Numbered from the stretch's first letter, positions 46,936 to 57,370 are shown. The stretch: 64,000 bases of DNA from Tepidisphaera sp. (GCA_050916045.1 CP051526.1:3776001-3840000); one strand, 5' to 3'. Translations and numbers: made by a program. Notes: generated from the sequence alone by a model not told the origin.

Positions 46936-47898
46936 TCACTTGCCCTGCTTGGACTCGCTCTTGGCGGGGGCGCCGGCTTTGGCTTCCTCGGCCACGATCG
47001 CCGCACACGCTCCGTCGAAGAACGCGATGGATTTCCGGACGTTCTCTTCCAGTTCCTTGCCCGCGCCGTACTCGTACTCAACGGACATGTACCCGGAGAA
47101 TTTCTGCCGACGGATCTCCTTCAGCACCGCCGCGATCCCGGTGTTGCCCGTGCCCCACGGCTGATCGATCTTCTCGCCCTTGACGTCCTTGATGTCCTTG
47201 AGGTGAAGGGAGATCAGCCGGCCCTCGTACTTCTTCAGAGACTCGACGGCATCCAGACCCGAACGCGTCCAGTGGCCGACGTCGGCGCAGGCGCCCAGCA
47301 GAGCCGCCCGGCTCTTCACCGAGGACACCACCGTGTCCGGGTTCCAGTAGCGGGAGTCCTTGGGGTGGTTGTGGCACGCGGCTTTGATCGAGTACTCCTT
47401 CGCGAGCTTCTCGACCAGGTCCCACGCATCCGGCGTCGGCTCGCAGGTGATGACGCCGATCTTCATGTCCTTCGCGAACTCAAAGTGCCGGCGGACATCC
47501 TTCTCGTCGTTGGCGGGCCCGATGACGCCGTAAGCCCGCGGCGTGATGCCAGCTTCCTTCATCGCGCCAAGCAGGTCGTTCCGCTGCGCCGAGGTCAGAT
47601 CCGGCCCCGTCTTGGCGTCCTTGGCGGTCTTCGAAAGCTGCTGCCCGGGGTAAAGCTCGATGAACTTCAGGCCGAGCGACTTGGCGATCTCAAGCGTCTC
47701 GAACGTCGACCGGTCGCGGAACGTCCACGCTTGCGTGCCGAGCTCAAACCCGAGCTTGACCGCCGCGCTGTCGTCCCGGGTGTCGCCGCGGGCACCCGCC
47801 CGGGCGACCATCGAGATCGCGGCCGAGGCGCTCCCCCCGCTCATCAGACCGACCGCACCCGCCAAACCGACCTTGACCGCCTCACGACGATTGAGCAT
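46936..47898 (-). CDS. Tat-exported sugar phosphate isomerase/epimerase (xylose-isomerase-like TIM barrel)
   Basis: NRREAVK Tat-like signal; HNHP, CADVGHW, LHLKD, SVEYE. Confidence 0.85.
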   Translation of the reverse strand: MLNRREAVKVGLAGAVGLMSGGSASAAISMVARAGARGDTRDDSAAVKLGFELGTQAWTFRDRSTFETLEIAKSLGLKFIELYPGQQLSKTAKDAKTGPDLTSAQRNDLLGAMKEAGITPRAYGVIGPANDEKDVRRHFEFAKDMKIGVITCEPTPDAWDLVEKLAKEYSIKAACHNHPKDSRYWNPDTVVSSVKSRAALLGACADVGHWTRSGLDAVESLKKYEGRLISLHLKDIKDVKGEKIDQPWGTGNTGIAAVLKEIRRQKFSGYMSVEYEYGAGKELEENVRKSIAFFDGACAAIVAEEAKAGAPAKSESKQGK

Positions 47899-47962
47899 GC
47901 AATTCCCTTCGGAATACCGAACAGTCCAAACAGGTTCCTACCCGACCGGGCGAACCCTCTGA

Positions 47963-48463
47963 TCAACTTCCGGATTGTACCGAATGCGGTTGCGGCTGCA
48001 CGCCTTCTTTTTCCGCGATCCGCGTGATCGTGGCCGCGAAATCCTCATCCTCGCCCCGCAAAAGCTCCGGCAACGCCGCCCGGAAGTCCGGCCGGCGGCA
48101 CCACTCACGCATGTAGTCCTCCCACGAAAGCCACAAGCGGCGGGTGTGCGGGGTCATCCGCTCCTCGTACACCAGGATGTACGCCCGCTCAAACAGCGCG
48201 ACCAGAATGTTGAACATCGTCCACTTGCGCTCCTTCTGCTCCGGGGTCAGCTCGACCTTCTCGCTGCTCAGGATCCGCAAGTCCGCGTTCTGAAGCACCA
48301 GCTTCATGAAGTTGGTGTACTCATCGCTCAGCCGCTGGTAGATCTCCTCCTCCTCGTTCGCCCGCTCCCGCCGCTGCTCGTAGATGAAGACGATGATCGC
48401 CAGCGGCAACCCGAAGACCGTGACGACGTAGCTCAGGAATTCCCAGGTTTCGCGGTCGAACAT
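47963..48463 (-). CDS. Hypothetical protein with N-terminal TM helix
   Basis: GAGGTG RBS; WEFLSYVVTVFGLPLAIIVF followed by a helical domain. Confidence 0.65.
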   Translation of the reverse strand: MFDRETWEFLSYVVTVFGLPLAIIVFIYEQRRERANEEEEIYQRLSDEYTNFMKLVLQNADLRILSSEKVELTPEQKERKWTMFNILVALFERAYILVYEERMTPHTRRLWLSWEDYMREWCRRPDFRAALPELLRGEDEDFAATITRIAEKEGVQPQPHSVQSGS

Positions 48464-48549
48464 GAGGCACCTCGCAGATGGTCCATCGTGAAGATCGAGT
48501 ACTCTATGGAACGGTGGAACGAAGCGATTCCATCTTGTGGGGAGGCTGA

Positions 48550-49707
48550 GTGGCGAAGAAGCGACCGGGTAATCCGCCTTCTTGGATGGTCAAAGCTGCG
48601 GATTTTGGCTTTCCGCTCGCCCTGCTTTTCGCATTCTCCATTGCCACCATTGTCCTTTACGGGCAGGTCACCGAGCTTCGGGCGGGCTGCGAAGCGCAAG
48701 CGGAGGCGATGACGTGGCCGGAGGCTCCAGGTCGCGTCGTAGACACCCGCATCGAGATTCAAAGCCGTGCCCGCTCGACGACTTACCGCGCCGGTATCCG
48801 CTATGTCTATGAAACGCCGCTCGGACCGCAAGGCGGAAGCACCATCCGCCTTGACGAGAGCCCGTGGAGCGTGTCCGAAAGCGAGGCTGAGGCGGTACGG
48901 CGAAAGTACCCGGCGGGTACGCCGGTCCGCGTGAGGTATCACCCAAGTCGAATGCACATTTCGCTCATCGACGCGACTCCGCCGCGATGGACCTCGCTTT
49001 GGTGGATGCAAGTCGCGATGTGGGTTTCGGTCGTCTTCTGGCTCGCATGCGTCGGCTATTCGCTCCGCACGCTAATCCGCTGGCTTCGGACTCCACGAAA
49101 TGCGTCAACACGGAAGGATCGCAGGTCGAACAGGCAGACACGCACACCGGAGGTGAGCATCGTCGGGCTTGGCGGAGCCGGCCGTGTCCTTGCGCTGCTG
49201 TTTCTTTCGGCCGCGGTGTTCTTTCTGTCGACATGGACAGACCGCCTCCAGGCCGCCTGCGAGTTGCAGGCTTCGGTCGCGAATTGGCCAGAGGCCCCGG
49301 GCCGGATCGTCGATGGTTCGATCAGTGAGTACCAGGTCCATTCTCGCTACGGGTCGCGGACGAAGTACCGCGCGGAGATTCGGTACATCATGGAGACACC
49401 GAATGGACCGGTCGGCGGGAGCACCATCCGATTTGACGAAGATCTTGGGTACGACTCGAAAGATGAAGCAAAGCAGATGATTTCACGCTATCCACCCGGA
49501 TTGAACGTCATGGTCAAGCATCACCCTGACTCCCCAGGCGTCACGCTGCTCGACGGATCCGCTCCGCGGTGGAATGTGCTGCGCAAGGTGCGGATCGGGA
49601 TGTGGACCGCGACCGTGCTGTGGGCTCTCACCGCGGCATTCATCGCGTATCGCATCGCGCGATGGCTGAGCCGACGGCGGCAAGAGACCATCGCGACTCA
49701 AGCTTGA
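48550..49707 (+). CDS. Tandem DUF3592-like domain membrane protein
   Basis: Two copies of WPEAPGR(V/I)VD..YRAxIRY..ETPxGPxGGSTIR..YPxG..V..HP..PRW plus TM helices; GGAGG RBS. Confidence 0.7.
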   Translation: MAKKRPGNPPSWMVKAADFGFPLALLFAFSIATIVLYGQVTELRAGCEAQAEAMTWPEAPGRVVDTRIEIQSRARSTTYRAGIRYVYETPLGPQGGSTIRLDESPWSVSESEAEAVRRKYPAGTPVRVRYHPSRMHISLIDATPPRWTSLWWMQVAMWVSVVFWLACVGYSLRTLIRWLRTPRNASTRKDRRSNRQTRTPEVSIVGLGGAGRVLALLFLSAAVFFLSTWTDRLQAACELQASVANWPEAPGRIVDGSISEYQVHSRYGSRTKYRAEIRYIMETPNGPVGGSTIRFDEDLGYDSKDEAKQMISRYPPGLNVMVKHHPDSPGVTLLDGSAPRWNVLRKVRIGMWTATVLWALTAAFIAYRIARWLSRRRQETIATQA

Positions 49708-49723
49708 GTTCCGGCGCAAGTGG

Positions 49724-51877
49724 TCACCCGACATCCACAAGACCGAGTGACTCGCCGTAAGCCTTAAGAAGCCGCCGCTTCACGAGCGCCTCTTCCGGCT
49801 TCCCGAGCATCGGCGACTTCGCGACCCACTCCGCCGCATCGCGCCTCGCCATCCCCAAGAGCTCGCGGTCGCGAATCAGGTCCGCCACCTTAAACGGCGG
49901 CAACCCCGACTGCTTGGTGCCGAAAAGCTCACCCGGACCGCGGATCTCAAAGTCCTTCTCCGCCAGCACGAACCCGTCGTTGCTCTTCTCCATCACCTGA
50001 AGCCGCGCGATCGCCCCTTCCGTCGTCGCGTCCCCGATCAGGTAACACACCGACTCCTTGCTCCCTCGCCCCACGCGCCCGCGAAGCTGGTGAAGCTGCG
50101 CCAAGCCGAACCGGTCCGCGTGCTCCACGATCATCGCCGTCGCTTCCGCCACATCCACGCCCACCTCGATCACCGTCGTCGCCACCAGCACATCGATCAA
50201 GCCCGTCCGGAACCGCTCCATCACCGCGTCCCGCGTCTGCCGTCTCAGCCGCCCGTGCAGCGCCGCGATCCGCTTGCCCTTGAGTGGCCCCGCTTCAAGC
50301 TCCCTCACCACCGACCGCACGCTCAGAAGCTCCCCATCCTCGTAGCTCGTCGCGCCCGACTCCTCATCGCCGATGGTCGGCACGACGACGTACGCCCGCT
50401 CGCCCTTCTCAAGCCGCTTGAGCAGCGCTGCGTACACCTCCGCCCGCTTCTCGGCCGAGACGACCTTCGTCTTGACCGGCTTGCGGCCCGGCGGCAAGCC
50501 CTCGATGATCGACGTGTCCAGGTCGCCGAAGAGCGTGATCGCCATCGTCCGCGGGATCGGCGTCGCCGTCATCACCACCACGTGCGGCGTCACCGCCATG
50601 AACCCCGTGCCCGTCCCCTTGGCCCGAAGCTCCGCCCGCTGATGCACGCCGAACCGGTGCTGCTCATCGATGATCGCGACCGCGAGATCCTTGAACCGCA
50701 CGCTCTCGGTGATCAGCGCGTGCGTTCCGATCGCCAGATGCACCCGCCCATCCGCAAGCCCGGCGACCACCCGCTCGCGCTCCATCGCGTCCATCGCGCC
50801 GGTGAGAAGCTCCACGCGGATCCCGCTCCCCTTCAGGATCCGCGAGATGTTCGCGTGGTGCTGCTCCGCGAGAAGCTCCGTCGGAGCCATCAGCGCCGCC
50901 TGCTTGCCCGAAGCGACCGCCATCAGCATCGCGTACAGCGCCACAATCGTCTTGCCGCTTCCGACGTCCCCCTGGATCAGCCGGTTCGTCGGCGTCGGCT
51001 TGGAGAGATCCGCTTTCAATTCCGCGATGACCTTGTCCTGCGCCGCCGTCAGCGTGAACGGAAACCGCGCCCGGATCTCCCGGTCGATCGCTTCGCTCCA
51101 CGCGAGCGCCGGCGCCCGCATCGTGTCCCGCAGATGCACCCGCTTCATGTGCACCCCAAGCTGAAGCAACAAGAACTCGTCGTACGCCAGCCGCCGCCGC
51201 CCCGCCAGCACCTCATCCTCACCCTTGGGCTGGTGCATCATCCGGTACGCATCCGCGAGCACAGGCAAGCTCCGCGCCGCGCGATATTCCGCCGTCAGAT
51301 GGTCCTCGATCAGCGGGAGCGCCCCCGGAAGCACCGTCCCCATGATCTTCTCGATCTGCCAGCTCTTGATCTGCTCGCTCGCCGGATACACCGGCCGTAC
51401 CCGCGCCTGCCGAAGCCCAGGCTCATCCTGCTCCGGATCAAGCACCATGTGCCGCGGGTTCACGATCTGCACCCCCGACCCGCGCTTCACCGCTTTCCCC
51501 TGCACCCAAAGCCGCACTCCGGGCTTGATCTTCTCCCGCAGATAAAGCATGTTGAACCACATCAGTTCCAGCCGCCCCAAGCCGTCATGAAGCACCGCTT
51601 CGATCCGCGGCCGCTTCCCCCGCGGCCACACGCTCGTCGCCGTGACCTCTCCCCGCACCGACACGATCCGCCCGGGCACGATCTCCGGCACCGTCGCTTC
51701 CGCTTCCTGCAGTTCATGCCGCGACGGCAGATGCGCCACAAGCTTCCCCACGTTCGTCACGCCAAGCCCCACCGCGAGAGCCTCCGCGGCCGGACGCGAG
51801 ATCCCCGGTACCAGCGCAAGCGGCGTCCGAAGCTCGATCCGCTCCGCCGCAGGCACGATGTTCTCCGATCGGGGCAT
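49724..51877 (-). CDS. recG: ATP-dependent DNA helicase RecG
   Basis: QGDVGSGKT, MAPTELLAEQH, IDEQHRFG, MTATPIPRT, HQLRGRVGRG, RGPGELFGTKQSG. Confidence 0.97.
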   Translation of the reverse strand: MPRSENIVPAAERIELRTPLALVPGISRPAAEALAVGLGVTNVGKLVAHLPSRHELQEAEATVPEIVPGRIVSVRGEVTATSVWPRGKRPRIEAVLHDGLGRLELMWFNMLYLREKIKPGVRLWVQGKAVKRGSGVQIVNPRHMVLDPEQDEPGLRQARVRPVYPASEQIKSWQIEKIMGTVLPGALPLIEDHLTAEYRAARSLPVLADAYRMMHQPKGEDEVLAGRRRLAYDEFLLLQLGVHMKRVHLRDTMRAPALAWSEAIDREIRARFPFTLTAAQDKVIAELKADLSKPTPTNRLIQGDVGSGKTIVALYAMLMAVASGKQAALMAPTELLAEQHHANISRILKGSGIRVELLTGAMDAMERERVVAGLADGRVHLAIGTHALITESVRFKDLAVAIIDEQHRFGVHQRAELRAKGTGTGFMAVTPHVVVMTATPIPRTMAITLFGDLDTSIIEGLPPGRKPVKTKVVSAEKRAEVYAALLKRLEKGERAYVVVPTIGDEESGATSYEDGELLSVRSVVRELEAGPLKGKRIAALHGRLRRQTRDAVMERFRTGLIDVLVATTVIEVGVDVAEATAMIVEHADRFGLAQLHQLRGRVGRGSKESVCYLIGDATTEGAIARLQVMEKSNDGFVLAEKDFEIRGPGELFGTKQSGLPPFKVADLIRDRELLGMARRDAAEWVAKSPMLGKPEEALVKRRLLKAYGESLGLVDVG

Positions 51878-51897
51878 CCCGCTTCCTCGCGACTCGC

Positions 51898-52689
51898 TCA
51901 AAGCGTCCCCAGCCGCCCGCCATCCACCGGCAGGTTGATCCCGTTCACATACGACGCCGCCGGGCTCGCAAGAAAAGCCACCGCCGCCGCGATCTCTTCC
52001 GCCCGGCCAAGCCTCCCCGCCGGAATGTCCGCGATCACCCCCGCTTTCGCCTGCTCCACCGACTGCCCGCTCTTCTTCGCCCGCATCTCGAAGATCTCGG
52101 CAAGCCGCTCCGTATCCGTGTACCCCGGAAGCACGTTGTTCACCGTCACGCCCCACGCCCCGACCTCCTGCGACAACGTCTTGGCCCAGTTCGCCGTCGC
52201 GGCCCGCAAAGCGTTCGACACCGCGAGATTCGCGATCGGCTGCTTCACGCTCGTGCTCGTGATGTTGATGATCCGCCCATACCCCGCTTGCTTCATGCCC
52301 GCAAGCACGGCCCGGGAGATCGCGTGCGGCGTCGCGAGCAAGCTCTCAAATCCCGCCCGGAACGCTTCCACCCCCAGGTCCACCGCTTTCCCCGGCGGCG
52401 GCCCACCCGTGTTGTTCACGACGATGTGCACCGGCCCCCAGGACGCGAGCAAGCCAGGAAGCGCCGCCGCCACCGCGCCCGAATCCCCCAGGTCCACCGC
52501 CCACGCTTCGTGCTTCTGCCCCGCCCCCACCCTCGGCAGCCCCGCCAGCGTGGCCGCGAGTTTGTCCGCCGATCGGGCCGCCAAGACGACCGAAGCACCC
52601 AGCCCCGCCAACTCCATCGCGCACGCCCGGCCGATGCCCGCCGACCCACCACACACCAACGCCCGCTTGCCGCTCAGATTGAGGTCCAT
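51898..52689 (-). CDS. Short-chain dehydrogenase/reductase (FabG-like)
   Basis: GGSAGIG, NNTGGP, SNALRAA, NNVLPG, VDGG. Confidence 0.9.
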   Translation of the reverse strand: MDLNLSGKRALVCGGSAGIGRACAMELAGLGASVVLAARSADKLAATLAGLPRVGAGQKHEAWAVDLGDSGAVAAALPGLLASWGPVHIVVNNTGGPPPGKAVDLGVEAFRAGFESLLATPHAISRAVLAGMKQAGYGRIINITSTSVKQPIANLAVSNALRAATANWAKTLSQEVGAWGVTVNNVLPGYTDTERLAEIFEMRAKKSGQSVEQAKAGVIADIPAGRLGRAEEIAAAVAFLASPAASYVNGINLPVDGGRLGTL

Positions 52690-52801
52690 AGCCTGATCGT
52701 ACCCGAACGCACCCCGCTCGAACGCCCGAGAAGGCCCCCAGGCACACCCCCGCCGCGAGCGTGACTTCGGACGTGCCCCCGGCCTACCATGACGACCTGT
52801 C

Positions 52802-52874
52802 GGGGCGGTAGCTCAGTTGGTAGAGCGCGTCGTTCGCAATGACGAGGTCGCGTGTTCGACTCACGTCCGCTCCA
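52802..52874 (+). tRNA. tRNA-Ala, anticodon CGC
   Basis: Acceptor stem GGGGCGG/CCGCTCC with G3:U70; D-arm GCTCAGTTGGTAGAGC; anticodon loop TTCGCAA; T-loop TTCGACT; CCA not encoded. Confidence 0.95.
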
Positions 52875-52882
52875 CTTCTCGA

Positions 52883-52918
52883 AAAGACCCTCGCTTTGGC
52901 GAGGGTCTTTGCCTTTTT
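52883..52918. terminator. Intrinsic terminator between the tRNA and the convergent GH gene
   Basis: AAAGACCCTCGC-TTTG-GCGAGGGTCTTT followed by GCCTTTTT. Confidence 0.8.
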
Positions 52919-52946
52919 GCACCCCAACCCAGCCGACAACGCCTGA

Positions 52947-55900
52947 CTAAAAGCGGACGCGCACCCGAACCAAGGGTGCGTACGGGCCCTTCAGTTCCAC
53001 CGCCCCACCCTGCCGCCGAGCAACCTCACACCCCTCCGCTTCCACACCTTTCGCCTCCATCGGCATCCGAAGCACGAGCGGCGTGCCAGTAAGCCCCGCT
53101 CGAAGAGCCGGTCTGATCTCCCACGTCAACCCCCCCTCGCTCCTGCGAACGCGATACGACACGTCGCCAAACCACGTCGGCGCACCCCTCTCTTCCGAAC
53201 CGATGCCGACGCCCGTCTCGCCCGCTTCCGCGAGCCAGACCTTCGTGATGCCCCGTCCGAGCACGAGCCGCTCGACCCCATCATCACCCTGTTCCTCATC
53301 AAGAAAGATCGCCCGCACGGAGTTCAGATAGTCCGCTCCCACCCACGTGTGCGGATAGTCGCCGATGAATCCCGCGAACCTCTTGTCCCAGTACACCACC
53401 TCTCCCCACTGCCGCCAGCCCGCCGGCCGCTGATCCGCCAAGAACCACTCGTTAAGCTCGTGCGCCCGCTCCAACCACTTGGGGTTGCGATCCGCAAGCC
53501 GGAGCATCGCCCCAATCACCCGCACCTCGTACGGCGTGTAGTCCTTCCACTCGATCGTCCCGTTCTTCCGCGACTCGAAGTACGTCCAGTACCGCTCGAA
53601 CGTCGCTTCGAAAAGCTCCACAGGGATCCCGCCCGTGCGGTTCCACTCTTCGCACGGCCACACCGCCACCGCCGTGCTCGTCGCGTCAAAGTCGCCAAGC
53701 TCCACACACCCCGGCACCCACGTCGCGCCCGTGACGGCGTTCGCGATGGCGACCGATGAAGCCATGTTCGCCCGGTACGCCACCGCTTTCGCGTTCAGCG
53801 ATGCCACTTCTGATTTACCCAACACTCCCGCGAGGAACGCCGCATCCTTGAAGCCGCGCACGGTCCAGAACCCATCCCAATGGCTATGCATTGGCTTGGC
53901 CGAGTACCCCTCGTGGCTGATCGATTCGGACACAAGACCGAAGAACGCTTTCTTCGGCATGCGGAACCCGCGCTCCTCCGACCCAAGCTCCTCCGTCCGA
54001 TACGCGTCGGTCGACCGTTCCGCGATGATCGAATCCATGTACGACACCGCGCCCATCACGCCCTTCCAGTGCTTCTCGACAAACGCTTTGTCCCCGGTGA
54101 ACCGGTACACCGTCGCGAGACAGTGAATGAACTCGCCGTGGCTGTCGTGCTCGGGCACCGGATCCGGCCCGCGGTGGTCGACGACGCACGGCACCTTCCC
54201 GTTCTCGTACTGGTACTTCGAGTACCACTCGATGAACGCTTTCATGCTCTCGACGTGCCCGGTGAAGCACATCGCCGTCCCGATGCTCGCGCCGTCACGG
54301 ATCCAAGCCCGCTCGTAGGTGCGGCTCCCCGGCTGATACGCCGGCCCGTCGGTGTTCACGAGGATCATCCGCTGCTGCGAACGCCACGTCTCTTCAATCG
54401 CTCTGGCGGAGGGAGGAACGATGAGCGGCACGCGGCCGACGACGTCACGCCAGACCCTCATCGGATCCTCGCTGCTCCGCGCCGCTTTCTTCCAGTCCGC
54501 GAGCGACTCACCCGCTTTGAGCGGCCTGAGGTTGCAAGCCACCGTCAGCTGAATCCCGCCATTGCCCGTCATCGTCTCCCACGGCGACGCGAACGCTCCC
54601 CACGCCAGGCCGTCCGGATCGGTCACACGCTTCGCCACCGTCTCCGCATCCACTTTCGCAAGCACACGGTTCGCCGCGCCCGCGAACTCGCCCGCCAACC
54701 CATCGCCCGCAAGCATCACGGTGCCCACGGCCCCGTACGGCATCAGTGCGTACGCCTCATTCACCACCATCGCCGCGGCACGCCCATCCGGCCGAAGCTC
54801 AACCGAACGAATCGGCGAGAACCCGCCCGTCACGTTCAACCACTGCGACGGCGGAAGCGACTGCATCGGCCGCACCGCGAGCACCAAGCGAGCCCGGCCG
54901 CTCGAAGCCTGCAGGAAGTACCTCGGAGCCACCGCCGGCATCGCGTCCGTCCCCGCTTCCTCGGGAACCACGCTCAGCTGAACCCCGCCCTTCTCCTCGG
55001 GCCATTCCAGCGTCACCATCGGCATCGTGCGCCCGTTCAGGTCGTGCCGGATCGTCGCGTTCGCCCACGACAGAAGCCTCGTCTCGCCATCATGCTCGAT
55101 CTGCACGAACGGCTCGATCGCGAACCCGCCTTTGCTGATCTCGACCTGCCCGTCCGCCGAAAGCAGCGCCTCGTAGTTCCCGCCCGCCGCTCCGATCGAT
55201 GTCCACGATGTGGCTTCGTCGTGGAAGTACCTCGGATACATCCCGCGCGGCGACTGCTTCGCCATGAGCTTGAGCAGGGCGTTCATGTCTTCGCCCGCGC
55301 CGGGCCCGAGCACGCGGATCGCGCGTTCCTCGAACGGCGAAGCCGACTCAGACATTCCTCGATACGCCACGCGGAGAGCTTTCGCCTCGCCGCCCGGCGT
55401 GCGGACCCATGACCGACCCTCCCGCAGCCTGACCTCCGACCGCGCCGCTTCCCACGTGACGCCGTCGGGGCTCAGGAACACATCGGCAAAGCACTCGCGA
55501 TCCGAATTGATCACCACCGCGCCAATTTCACGAGCCTCCGAGAAGACGATGTCCACGCGCGGCGGCATCCCGCCGAGTTTCACGCCGTCGAAGACCTCGG
55601 CTTCCCCGAAGATCCGCTCCGCGCGGCTGGTCGAAACATCGGTGATGATCGAAGGCGCCGCTTCGCTCGCCGCTTTCACTTCGTCAAGGCGAAGCTCGTC
55701 GATCCAGACCGTCCCCTTCCCGCCCTTGCTCGCCGCGATCGCAAACTCCACCGCCGCCACCTTGCGCAACGGCTCTTTCCCGCCGCCCGGGCCCCACGCG
55801 AACGTCACGTGCCGATTCCGATACGCCACGCGCCGCCACTCCGCCGGCCACTCGTACGCCGGCTTGTTCACCCACCAGACGTCATCACCCGGCACCAGCC

Positions 55901-56252
55901 CGCCCGTGGCATCCTTCTTGGCTTCCACCAGCTTGAACTCGAAGTTGTTCGCAAGCCCCTCGCCGCGCACGCGGAACGAGAACCGGTACGACTCCGGCAC
56001 CTCGACGGTCATCTCGCGCCGCACCACGACGAACCCCATCCCCTTCGCGAAGTCGTAATCGATCCGCAGCGAGTTCCCGTCGCCCGCTTTCTCGATCGAC
56101 ACCGTCGCGCTCACGCCGTCGCTCGGGATCGCTTTCCACTTCAGGCCGGACTCAAAGTCGTCGAGCGTCTGCCCCCGCGCAACCGAAGCCGCCGCGAGCA
56201 CGCACGCGATCACCAACCATACCGACCGACCGATCACAGGCATCGTTCTCAT
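52947..56252 (-). CDS. Large exported glycoside hydrolase-like protein: N-terminal CBM/discoidin-like domains and a C-terminal six-hairpin (alpha/alpha)6-type domain
   Basis: Signal peptide; LDDFE..SLRIDYDF..GTVWIDEL beta-sandwich; YQPGSRTYERAWIRDG, VPEHDSHGE, ESISHEGY, YTPYEVR, GDYPHTW. Confidence 0.7.
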   Translation of the reverse strand: MRTMPVIGRSVWLVIACVLAAASVARGQTLDDFESGLKWKAIPSDGVSATVSIEKAGDGNSLRIDYDFAKGMGFVVVRREMTVEVPESYRFSFRVRGEGLANNFEFKLVEAKKDATGGLVPGDDVWWVNKPAYEWPAEWRRVAYRNRHVTFAWGPGGGKEPLRKVAAVEFAIAASKGGKGTVWIDELRLDEVKAASEAAPSIITDVSTSRAERIFGEAEVFDGVKLGGMPPRVDIVFSEAREIGAVVINSDRECFADVFLSPDGVTWEAARSEVRLREGRSWVRTPGGEAKALRVAYRGMSESASPFEERAIRVLGPGAGEDMNALLKLMAKQSPRGMYPRYFHDEATSWTSIGAAGGNYEALLSADGQVEISKGGFAIEPFVQIEHDGETRLLSWANATIRHDLNGRTMPMVTLEWPEEKGGVQLSVVPEEAGTDAMPAVAPRYFLQASSGRARLVLAVRPMQSLPPSQWLNVTGGFSPIRSVELRPDGRAAAMVVNEAYALMPYGAVGTVMLAGDGLAGEFAGAANRVLAKVDAETVAKRVTDPDGLAWGAFASPWETMTGNGGIQLTVACNLRPLKAGESLADWKKAARSSEDPMRVWRDVVGRVPLIVPPSARAIEETWRSQQRMILVNTDGPAYQPGSRTYERAWIRDGASIGTAMCFTGHVESMKAFIEWYSKYQYENGKVPCVVDHRGPDPVPEHDSHGEFIHCLATVYRFTGDKAFVEKHWKGVMGAVSYMDSIIAERSTDAYRTEELGSEERGFRMPKKAFFGLVSESISHEGYSAKPMHSHWDGFWTVRGFKDAAFLAGVLGKSEVASLNAKAVAYRANMASSVAIANAVTGATWVPGCVELGDFDATSTAVAVWPCEEWNRTGGIPVELFEATFERYWTYFESRKNGTIEWKDYTPYEVRVIGAMLRLADRNPKWLERAHELNEWFLADQRPAGWRQWGEVVYWDKRFAGFIGDYPHTWVGADYLNSVRAIFLDEEQGDDGVERLVLGRGITKVWLAEAGETGVGIGSEERGAPTWFGDVSYRVRRSEGGLTWEIRPALRAGLTGTPLVLRMPMEAKGVEAEGCEVARRQGGAVELKGPYAPLVRVRVRF

Positions 56253-56311
56253 TCAACACTCCACGGTGTTCAGTCAAGTTCCGCGAGCCGCGAACGGGCT
56301 CGCACCGCCGC

Positions 56312-57370
56312 TCACGGCCGCGTTGTCTGCCGCACGATCAGCGAGGGCGTCAGCCGGACGTGCATCGGCGCCGCTTGCGGATCCTTGATCCGACGCACCA
56401 GAAGCTGCACCGCGGTCGCTCCCACCTCCGAAAGCGGAACACGCACGGTGCTGAGCGTCGGCCGCACCAAAGACGCAAGCCGCGTGTCGTCGAACCCGAC
56501 AACGGCAAGCCCTCCGGGCACCGCGATCCCCGCTTCCCGCGCCGCGTGCATCACCCCGTACGCGATCTCGTCGTTGCCCGCCAGAACGCCCATCGGCGCC
56601 GAGTCCGGCGCGAGCGTCCCGCTCGCGATCATCTCTTCCGCCCGCTGCTTGCCCCAGTCAAACGAGTAGTCCCCGTACGCCACCGAGGCGCTCACCGGAG
56701 AACCGCGACGCCGCGCCGCATCCACCACCGTCCGAACGAACGCCGCCGCTCGCTCCTTCGTGTCAAAGTTGTCCTTGGGGCCGCCGATGAAATAGCACCG
56801 CTCTGGCTTGGCAAGCGTCAGCAGATGCTCCGTCGCCGCCGTCGCACCCGCTTCGTTGTCGATCTCGATTGAATCGAGCTTCGTCCCCTCCGGCGCCGCG
56901 TCAAGCACCACCATCGGCATCCCCGCCGTCGTCACCCGCCGGATCAGCTGCTCGTTCGGCTCGGTGATCATCACCGCCACACCATCCACAAGCCCAAGCA
57001 GCGGCCCCAAGCCCAGATCGTTCTCCATCGCACGGCCCTGGCCCGACGACACCAGCAGGTGATACCCAAGCTTCTTCGCTTCCGCGTCCGCGCCCCGAAG
57101 CAGCGCCGAATAGAACTCGCCGTGAATGTCCGGAAGCGCCATCGCGAGCAGCCGGCTCGACCGCGTCACCAAGCTCTGCGCCGACACGTTGGGCACATAC
57201 CCAAGCTCCGCCACCACCGCGCGCACACGCTCCGCCGTCTCCGCCGCGACCATCCCCGGCGTGTTCAGCACACGGCTCACCGTCGCGATCGACACCCCGG
57301 CGCGATCCGCCACGTCCTGGATCGAGACCGCCGTGCGCGGCAAACTGCCCTTTCGGTGCTTGGGTTCCAC
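56312..57370 (-). CDS. LacI family transcriptional regulator
   Basis: SIQDVADRAGVSIATVSRVLN, LGYVPN..AQSL, NDEIAYG, VVGFDD, PTLSTV; GTG 57370 follows TACGAT (ATG 57406 is an alternative start). Confidence 0.95.
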   Translation of the reverse strand: MEPKHRKGSLPRTAVSIQDVADRAGVSIATVSRVLNTPGMVAAETAERVRAVVAELGYVPNVSAQSLVTRSSRLLAMALPDIHGEFYSALLRGADAEAKKLGYHLLVSSGQGRAMENDLGLGPLLGLVDGVAVMITEPNEQLIRRVTTAGMPMVVLDAAPEGTKLDSIEIDNEAGATAATEHLLTLAKPERCYFIGGPKDNFDTKERAAAFVRTVVDAARRRGSPVSASVAYGDYSFDWGKQRAEEMIASGTLAPDSAPMGVLAGNDEIAYGVMHAAREAGIAVPGGLAVVGFDDTRLASLVRPTLSTVRVPLSEVGATAVQLLVRRIKDPQAAPMHVRLTPSLIVRQTTRP

